Part shown: piece by piece, positions 54,563 to 64,000 of the stretch
Position numbering within the stretch: position 1 is the stretch's first letter
Layout: the number at the start of each line of letters is the position of its first letter
NCBI GenBank assembly: GCA_965649765.1
Contig: OZ287748.1
Location: 15,500,001 to 15,564,000, forward strand
Direction: 5' to 3'
Source: Bispira polyomma
Taxonomy: Eukaryota
Length of the DNA: 64,000 bases
The notes under the pieces: generated by a model
What the model was told of the DNA's origin: nothing
The model's database searches: none
What the model saw: the letters and a program-made list of their open reading frames with translations, nothing else
Made by a program: the position numbers and the translations under genes

Positions 54563-55563
54563 GTACTGCTAAAGGAAACCAGCTTCTGCAGAGGGCTGCT
54601 CACAGAATTGAGTCAGGTCTTAGACCTAGAACAGCAAATGCATATGTAGGCAAATTTAAATTATTTCTTGGGTTTGCAATATATTATAAGATATCTTATA
54701 AATCCCTCAATGCTATGCTCATGTTTCTGGAATTTTTGGCTTTGCAAAATAATGCTGCTCCATCATTGCAAAATGACCTCTCTGCCATCAGACATTTCTT
54801 TGGGTTATATGGTTTGGACAGCAGTCACTTAGCTCATAGGAAAGTTGTATTATTCATAAAGTCAGTGGCTATAAATGCACCATATAGGCCAGTAATAAAA
54901 GGGGTATTTACTTTGCATAACATAGAGCAAATTTCCAATGCATGCCATCAAATTCGAAATGGCTTGGTGTACAGGGCTATCTTTTTAGTGGCTTATTATG
55001 GATTATTCAGATTATCAAATATGGTTCCAAATTCAAAATTTGGGTTTGATAGAACTAGACATTTTACAGTGGATGATGTTATAATGGCACCTCCTGGTGC
55101 GCATATGGTAGTAAAGTGGCATAAGGCCATGCAGGGAGCTAACAAGGTGCAGATTGTACAAATACTACAGCTCAAGCATTCAGCTCTTTGCCCTGTGAGG
55201 GCCATTAAGGCTCTTATAAATAAACACAAACTTTCAGGAAATTCTCCTTTATTTGTTATTCCACAAGGTTATACAATGGTACCTGTCACGGCTTACAAAG
55301 TAAGAAAAGCATTGGCAGACATTTTAGGCAAATTGCAAATGAATTATAAGAACTACGGTTTTCATGCATTTAGATGCTCAGGCGCCTCATTTGCATTTAA
55401 CAAAGACTTAATACTGCAGAGTATACAGGCGCATGGAGGCTGGAGAAGTGAAGCAATCTGGCATTATCTAGAATCCACTCCAGAGGCTGCTGCTTCTGTG
55501 GCTGACACATTTAAAAACATATCACTACAACATAATTGGGTTTGGGGAACTAATTGTACATAG
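54563..55563 (+). CDS. Tyrosine recombinase exon/ORF of the YR element
   Basis: Open from 54565 to TAG 55563; LRPRT...Y N-terminal motif; catalytic R (FRLSN), HxxR (HAFR), H (AHGGW), Y (WHYL); preceded by aattgtag acceptor. Confidence 0.9.
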
Positions 55564-55788
55564 TTTAACAAGACTAATTTTAGACTAAAATGCTAGTTGA
55601 ATGTTTTAACCTGTGTTAGTGTCAAATAAATTGCCCCAAAGTGTTATACATTGTTGTCTCAATTGTTGTGAATATAGACATACATCTAACATACAAAAGG
55701 TCATGGTCATGCCAAAATCATAGGTCGTTTGTAATCACGGGCTTTGAGCTTTGGACATCCTGATAACTGAATTTTGACTTGTAGACTG
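55545..55788 (+). repeat. Split direct repeat B1
   Basis: 244 bp, about 3 differences from 56557..56800; contains AATAAA. Confidence 0.95.
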
Positions 55789-56059
55789 TGTAGCTGTTAT
55801 TAAGTCAACACAGCTCAGTTGAAACAAAAAATTAGTTTCACTAGCCTAGAATTTGTATAAGAATTAAATATCTTTGGCCTTAGTACAGTTTTGTCACAAG
55901 ACTGTCAAAACAAGTCTAAAAATAGTTTCAAACAGCTCAACCTGTCTACAGCTCAGCCATGTGGGGGGAATGTGGGTCTAGAATGTTGGGGTTCAAAATT
56001 GCTAAACTGGAAAGTAGTCAGTGTGAAGGTAGCAAGCAAAGGAGAAACATCTCTTTTTC
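55789..56059 (+). repeat. Split direct repeat A2
   Basis: Copy of 50091..50360 directly abutting B1. Confidence 0.95.
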
Positions 56060-56556
56060 CCCTCCCAGCCATAATGTACCCAATTGATGAGTTGTATTAA
56101 TAAACTATTATGGTGTCTTTTATGAATGTATATATATCAATATACTATGTGCTAAAGTATGTTTTGTATTTTGAGGTGATATCACTTGGAGAGGATGTAT
56201 GACATATGATGAAGTATAACACTTGGGGCTTATAGCATGGATCTCGTCCTGAGAGGCAAGGTTTGGTTGCTGTTGGACATGGCCTTGGCCTGTCCCATCA
56301 CGTTACTCATGGAAAGTTATATGTGTGTTTAAGCAGCTGCTTGCTTCTTCATGTTGTGCCAGGAGATTGTGCTGGATATATTCAGGGCTGGACGAGTTTC
56401 TGGTTGAACATACATGGTTATGACTTGTTGTGGGACCGACTGGAACTTCTTATCGTGAACAAGTGCCATAGACTGTTATCACATTCATCGTCTGGGTGTA
56501 GCATAGCTATACTAGGCAACATGAGTGAGAAATGATAACAAGGGAAGAACGGGACT

Positions 56557-56800
56557 GGGAACTAATTGTACATAGTTTAACAAGACTAATTTTAGACTAA
56601 AATGCTAGTTGAATGTTTTAACCTGTGTTAGTGTCAAATAAAGTGCCCCAAAGTGTTATACATTGTTGTCTCAATTGTAGTGAATATAGACATACATCTA
56701 ACATACAAAAGGTCATGGTCATGCCAAAATCATAGGTCGTTTGTAACCACGGGCTTTGAGCTTTGGACATCCTGATAACTGAATTTTGACTTGTAGACTG
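56557..56800 (+). repeat. Split direct repeat B2 (right terminus)
   Basis: Copy of 55545..55788 ending ...gtagactg. Confidence 0.95.
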
Positions 56801-58700
56801 GAGAGTTAACTGCAAACTCACTCAGGTAACTTAAGTCAATAATGAATCATGTATGATCCCTTTCCGGTTTTGGTCTTGTCATAAATGGAGATATATGTAA
56901 ATTTGTTATTGGTTAATTTTTCAATGGCTGAATGATAGCTCCAAATTCTTTTTCTTCTCTTAAGTAAGCTCTTACATCACTAGTGAATTGTGCAGCTGAT
57001 GAATGATTTTCTCTATGCTGCAAACTATTAAAGCCGAATTTAAGCAAGTGTATAATTTGTTTGTCCCAGTAATTTTCAAGAAGCTTTTCCCAGTTCGCTA
57101 CATTCAACACTGACTTAACTGGAATTTGGGCTCCCATATAATTGGGGAAATCATTATGTTTTACTGCTTCATACAGTTTCAGAGGTGCCTGAATGTGGGC
57201 ATTATTATTTTTGATTTCTGCAATCTGTGTGTCCCCAAGCGGTATAAAATCAAATTTTTCCTTATTTTGAGCATCCCAAGCTTGTATTTTTTGGAATTGG
57301 GATATTTAACGTCCACTCTAGTACCTGTTAACGTTATATTGGGATGGGTAGTTGCAAACGCTGGAGGAAACACTGCATACAGTTGATCAAGAGTAAGAAA
57401 CTACCACCTTTCCCACATAGGCATCAACGGGAGTCGAACCCATGCCAGCCAATCTCAGAGGTGAGAGACCAGTGATTGTGAAGTGCAATGCTTGCTCACA
57501 ACTAGGCCACCGCCCCCGCCCCCCCCCCCCCCCCCAAGCTTGGAAAGTGGGATTGTTTTTTGCTGACGCTATAGCATCTCTGTGCTTCCTTTAAACCTGG
57601 AGATGTAACTGGTATTTGTCTTCTACACACGACTGTTTGTTAATGCTTTCACACGCTATGCTATTGACACGAACAAGCTTTTGTTTTCTATTGTTACACA
57701 CAACCTCGGAGTTTTGTGAATTGACCAAAGTGGCATTTGTCTTTAAGTGGCAACCTTTGTTAGTGCCGGCTAATTGTTTTCCAATTAATTTGACGGGGAC
57801 CTCTTTTATTAGGCTTTGTTTGACACCTCCTTTGTTACCTGTTAACATTGTGACCCCTTTTGTTTTACCCCACTGGGAAACATTTTTAATTTTTCTACTG
57901 TTGGCATATTGTTGAACAGAGGATACATTTTTTCTGAAAACATGGTAGTTATATACACAGTTTGTACATTTTATTTTTGAATCTATGAGCACCAATTGGA
58001 GGACTGGCCTGTGGACGTTGTATATTTGTTTGTATTACTAGTCTTAGTCAGGCCCGAATGAACGCTGTTTTTCACCCTAACCACTTCAGCATAGGTTTAT
58101 TTTCAAACCTGGCCCAGTCAGCTCTCCAATTGCTAGCACCCTCATTTCCAGACATGTAATTATACACAACACTAGCATTGAATCTATTTTGACTTTTTAC
58201 ATTTGCATTATTGCCATTTTTATTGGCAGTAGAATTTTGATTGACATTTAACACTGCCACTGCATTACTGCAATGCCCTAATCGTTTTTTGACGCATTCG
58301 TGGCCTTGTTTCTATGGCAGTCTTTCACTGCGTGTGGGAAAGATTTACCCCCGGCCAGACATGGGGCACATACATATATTACATACATATAATTGATGCC
58401 CCTGACTAGCTTGCAGCCGGTGCACTTGTTAAAGCACGTTCGGAACTGTCAACCTTACTTTCTATTGCCCACATTTGGCCACTTAAGTCTTTTAATTCCT
58501 GAAGAATCCGAAGATTTACTTCAGCACTAGTAATGTCACTTGTATTATTGTCCTCCTCACTACTGTCTATAAACGGACATTCATCATTTATTGGCTTTCT
58601 ATGACTTGTGCCACAAGATTTACAAGCAAAGTTTTTACTAGGAGCCATTCTAAAACATATAATAGAGCACAACATGCTTTGAGATATGCACATAGGCAGG
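56801..58700 (-). mobile_element. Older Ngaro-like YR retrotransposon, 5' part (gag remnant, pol start)
   Basis: MAPSKNFACKSCGTSHRKPINDEC finger and coiled coil; A_AAA_AAC at 58290..58284; QIPVKS.LN..NWE.LL..YWD....LKFGF; HISPFMTRPKP, IIDLSY...VNS continuing in frame at 50090. Confidence 0.88.
57285..57532 (-). mobile_element. tRNA-derived SINE with small internal deletion
   Basis: Match to family; TSD cccaagcttg (57275..57284 / 57533..57542). Confidence 0.9.
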
Positions 58701-59029
58701 CTTTGATTTGAGTCAAATTTTGACTTAATTCCAGAACACCAGAATAATTAAAATGAAAATATCGCTCAGCCAAAGCTCCGAAGATAGAGCAGCATGCGCA
58801 TATGTCAAAGCCTTCGTTTGACTTAAGATATGGTCTCAATCCTCTTGAAAAGTCTCCAGCAGTGTAGCAATCTTTTCTCTGTATGTGTAAGCTATCACAA
58901 AAATATTTAAAAGTTTGTAGTTTCCATGTATAATGTAAAAATATTCAACATAAAAAAAAAATTGTAAATAAAATATAAAATGGCGTATTGCTCCTTCAAG
59001 TTCTTATTTTAAAGTGAGGTTTGAGTGAT

Positions 59030-59428
59030 TTAGGCGGGAAATACTTAATTAGTAGGCCAACTGCCAGCCAATAGAATGAGGGGACCATCTAATAAGGTAG
59101 GTTAAAAGAGGATAAAGTAATCATCCAGTTTGATCTTTTGGTTCTGAGATCGAGATAGGATCTAATCAAATCAAGGACAGGGCTATTTAGTCCAAACCAC
59201 TGTTCTAGAGTGTCAAACAGTAGTCCATGGTATCAAATGCTGCAGAGAGATCTAGAAGGGTGGGGCTACTTTCTGGTGGAACTTTTTAAAAGCAGACTGG
59301 AGTTAGCAAGATTATGTTTATTAAGGTGTCATAGATTTATTTTGCAACAGCTTTCTCAATGAGTTTAGAGACAAAGCTGAGGTAAAAGACTAGTCTAAAA
59401 CCTTTCAGCACATTTTTTTGTCCAGCCA
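59030..59428 (-). mobile_element. L2/CR1-clade RT fragment
   Basis: KNVLK.FR.V..LSFVSKLIEKAVA, QSAF, LLDLSAAFDT.D, W..SYL..R.Q motifs. Confidence 0.8.
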
Positions 59429-62400
59429 TATAGTGGACAGATCTCAATATACTGACCATATAGTGGACAGACCCCAATTCACTGACCATATAGTAGACAG
59501 ACTGTAATATATTGACCATATAGTAGACAAACTGCAATACACTGACCATATAGTGGACATACCTCAATACACTGACCCTATAGTGGACAGACCTCAATAC
59601 ACTGACCATATAGTGGACAGACCTCAATACACTGACCATATAGTGGACATACCTCAATACACTGACCATATAGTGAACAGACCTCAATACACTCACCCTA
59701 TAGTGGACAGACCTTAATACACTGACCATATAGTAGACAAACTTCAATACACTGACCATATAGTGGACAGACCTTAATACACTGACCATATAGTGGACAG
59801 ACCTTAATACACTGACCATATAGTGCACAGACCTCAATATACTGACCATATAGTAAAGAAACTGTAATACACTGACCATATAGTGGACAGACTTCAATAC
59901 TCTGACCATATAGTGGACAGATCTCAATATACTGACCATATAGTGGACAGACCCCAATTCACTGACCATATAGTAGACAGACTGTAATATATTGACCATA
60001 CAGTAGACAAACTGCAATACACTGACCATATAGTGGACATACCTCAATACACTGACCCTATAGTGGACAGACTTCAATACACTGACCATATAGTGGACAT
60101 ACCTCAATACACTGACCATATAGTAAACAGACCTTAATACACTGACCATACAGTGGACAGACCTCAATACACTGACAATATAGTGGACATACCTCAATAC
60201 ACTGACCCTATAGTGGCCAGACCTCAATACACTGACAATATAGTGGACATACCTCAATACACTGATCATATAGTAAACAGACCTTAATACACTGACCATA
60301 CAGTGGACAGACCTCAATACACTGACAATATAGTGGACATACCTCAATACACTGACCCTATAGTGGCCAGACCTCAATACACTGACAATATAGTGGACAG
60401 ATCTCAATATACTGACCATATAGTAGACAAACTGCAATACACTGACCCTATAGTGGACATACCTCAATACACTGACCCTATAGTAGACAGACCTCAATAC
60501 ACTGACCATATAGTAGACAGACCTCAATACACTGACCATATAGTGGACAGATCTCAATACACTGACCCTATAGTGGACATACCTCTATACACTGACCATA
60601 TAGTGGACAAAACTCAATACACTGACCACATAGTGGACAGACCTTAATACACTGACAATATAGTGAACATACCTCAATACACTGACCATATAGTAAACAG
60701 ACCTTAATACACTGACCATATAGTAGACAGACCTCAATACACTGACCATATAGTAGACAGACCTCAATACACTGACGATATAGTAGACAGACCTTAATAC
60801 ACTGACCATATAGTAGACAGATCTCAATACACTGACCATATAGTGGACAGACCTCAATACACTGACCATATAGTGGACATACCTCAATACACTGACCATA
60901 TAGTGAACAGACCTCAATACACTCACCCTATAGTGGACAGACCTTAATACACTGACCATATAGTAGACAAACTTCAATACACTGACCATAAAGTAGACAG
61001 ACCTCAATACACTGACCATATAGTGGACAGACCTTAATACACTGACCATATAGTGGACAGACCTCAATACACTGACCATATAGTGGACAGACTTCAATAC
61101 TCTGACCATATAGTGAACAGATCTCAATATACTGACCATATAGTGAACAGACCCCAATTCACTGACCATATAGTAGACAGACTAATATATTGATCATATA
61201 GTAGACAAACTGCAATACACTGACCATATAGTAAACAGACCTTAATACACTGACCATACAGTGGACAGACCTCAATACACTGACAATATAGTGGACATAC
61301 CTCAATACACTGACCCTATAGTGGCCAGACCTCAATACACTGACAATATAGTGGACATACCTCAATACACTGACCCTATAGTGGCCAGACCTCAATACAC
61401 TGACCATATAGTAGACAAACTTCAATAAACTGACCATATAGTGGACAGACCTTAATACACTGACCATATAGTGGACAGACCTCAATATACTGACCATATA
61501 GTAAAGAAACTGTAATACACTGACCATATAGTAGACAGACTGTAATATATTGACCATATAGTAGAAAAACTGCTATACACTGACCATATAGTAGACATAC
61601 CTCAATACACTGACCCTATAGTGGACAGACTTCAATACACTGACCATATAGTGGACATACCTCAATACACTGACCATATAGTAAACAGACCTTAATACAC
61701 TGACCATACAGTGGACAGACCTCAATACACTGACAATATAGTAGACAGACCTCAATACACTGACCATATAGTGGACAGATCTCAATACACTGACCCTATA
61801 GTGGACATACCTCAATACACTGACCATATAGTGGACAAACCTCTATACACTGACCATATAGTGGACAGACCTTAATACACTGACAATATAGTAGACAGAC
61901 CTCAATACACTGACCATATAGTAGACAGACCTTAATACACTGACCATATAGTAGACAGACCTCAATACACTGACCATATAGTGGACAGACCTCAATACAC
62001 TGACACTATAGTGGACATACCTCAATAAACTGACCCTATAGTGGACAGACTTCAATACACTGACCATATAGTGGACACACCTCAATACACTGACCATATA
62101 GTAAACAGACCTTAATACACTGACCATACAGTGGACAGACCTCAATGCACTGACAATATAGTGGACATACCTCAATACACTGACCATATAGTAGACAGAC
62201 CTCAATACACTGACCATATAGTAGACAGACCTCAATACACTGACCCTATAGTGGCCAGACTTCAATACACTGACCATATAGTGGACATACCTCAATACAC
62301 TGACCATATAGTAAACAGACCTTAATACACTGACCATACAGTGGACAGACCTCAATACACTGACAATATAGTGGACATACCTCAATACACTGACCATATA

Positions 62401-64000
62401 GTGGCCAGACCTCAATACACTGACAATATAGTGGACATGCCTCAATACACTGACCATATAGTAGACAGACCTTAATACACTGACCATATAGTGGACAGAC
62501 TTCAATACTCTGACCATACAGTGGACAGATCTCAATATACTAACCATATAGTGGACAGACCCCAATTCACTGACCATATAGTAGACAGACTGTAATATAT
62601 TGACCATATAGTAGACAAACTGCAATACACTGACCATATAGTGGACATACCTCAATACTCTGACCCTATAGTGGCCAGACTTCAATACACTGACCATATA
62701 GTAGACATACCTCAATACACTGACCATATAGTAAACAGACCTTAATACACTGACCATACAGTGGACATACCTCAATACACTGACCCTATAGTGGACATAC
62801 CTCAATACACTGACCATATAGTGGCCAGACCTCAATACACTGACCATATAGTGGACAGACCTCAATATACTGACCATATAGTAAAGAAACTGTAATACAC
62901 TGACCATATAGTGGACAGACTTTAATACTCTGACCATATAGTGGACAGATCTCAATATACTGACCATATAGTGGACAGACCCCAATTCACTGACCATATA
63001 GTAGACAGACTGTAATATATTGACCATATGGTAGACAAACAGCAATACACTGACCATATAGTGGACATACCTCAATACACTGACCCTATAGTGGACATAC
63101 TTCAATACACTGACCATATAGTGGACATACCTCAATACACTAATCATATAGTAAACAGACCTTAATACACTGACCATACAGTGGACAGACCTCAATACAC
63201 TGACAATATAGTAGACAGACCTCAATACACTGACCATATAGTGGACAGATCTCAATACACTCACTCTATAGTGGACATACCTCAATACACTGACCATATA
63301 GTGGACAGACCTCAATACACTGACCATATAGTGGACAGACCTTAATACACTGACAATATAGTAGACAGACCTCAATACACTGACCATATAGTAGACAGAC
63401 CTTAATACACTGACCATATAGTAGACAGACCTTAATACACTGACCATATAGTAGACAGACCTCAATACACTGACCATATAGTGGACAGATCTCAATACAA
63501 TGACACTATAGTGGACATACCTCAATACACTGACCCTATAGTGGACAGACTTCAATACACTGACCATATAGTAAACACACCTTAATACACTGACCATACA
63601 GTGGACAGACCTCAATACACTGACCATATAGTAGACAGACCTCAATACACTGACGATATAGTAGACAGACCTTAATACACTGACCATATAGTAGACAGAT
63701 CTCAATACACTGACCATATAGTGGACAGACCTCAATACACTGACCATATAGTGGACATACCTCAATACACTGACCATATAGTGAACAGACCTCAATACAC
63801 TCACCCTATAGTGGACAGACCTTAATACACTGACCATATAGTAGACAAACTTCAATACACTGACCATAAAGTAGACAGACCTCAATACACTGACCATATA
63901 GTGGACAGACCTTAATACACTGACCATATAGTGGACAGACCTCAATATACTGACCATATAGTAAAGAAACTGTAATACACTGACCATATAGTGGACAGAC
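59425..64000. repeat. 30-bp minisatellite array, about 150 units, running off the window end
   Basis: Consensus actgaccatatagtggacagacctcaatac; a single 2-bp register shift near 61183. Confidence 0.98.

Larger units (their letters stand above)
50091..56800 (+). mobile_element. Structurally complete Ngaro-like tyrosine-recombinase retrotransposon with split direct repeats
   Basis: A1 50091..50360, gag, pol (RT YIDD, RNase H, no methyltransferase), YR, B1 55545..55788, A2 55789..56059, spacer, B2 56557..56800; no TSD. Confidence 0.95.

Noticed and set aside
56263-56535. Extra Ngaro accessory (hydrolase-like) ORF
   Set aside because: Short, TTG start, and no recognisable GDS/SGNH motif.
59337-63987. 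Very long (MVSVLRSVHY)n ORFs
   Set aside because: A 30-bp unit is a multiple of 3, so long ORFs arise automatically; TTG-to-TAG stops and a 2-bp shift break them; no sign of a gene.
59425-64000. CRISPR-like array
   Set aside because: Units are contiguous with no unique spacers, and the context is eukaryotic.

Overview
AT-rich, intron-containing animal genomic DNA, probably an invertebrate (C1q-domain gene, tRNA-SINE and L2/Ngaro content would fit a mollusc or other lophotrochozoan; inference). Two host genes lie on the minus strand: a three-coding-exon DIPK1/FAM69-family divergent kinase (41138..38493) and a secreted coiled-coil plus C1q-domain gene (26112..18793, middle exons partly uncertain). 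Most of the rest is layered transposon DNA: a decayed Gypsy element, several L2/CR1-type and one Tx1/L1-type LINE fragments, eight copies of one tRNA-derived SINE (five with clear TSDs), two PIF/Harbinger non-autonomous elements, a 30-bp minisatellite over 4.5 kb long, and six tyrosine-recombinase (YR, Ngaro/DIRS-order) retrotransposons. One YR element (50091..56800) is structurally complete, with A1...B1-A2...B2 split direct repeats, and is inserted with no target duplication into the RT of an older relative. The main observation is that these YR elements share a phase-1 splice donor inside gag (four copies) and a phase-1 acceptor directly ahead of the recombinase (two copies). This predicts a spliced Gag-N-terminus/recombinase fusion of 500 aa, fully open in the complete copy, while pol appears to be made by a -1 frameshift at A_AAA_AAC.
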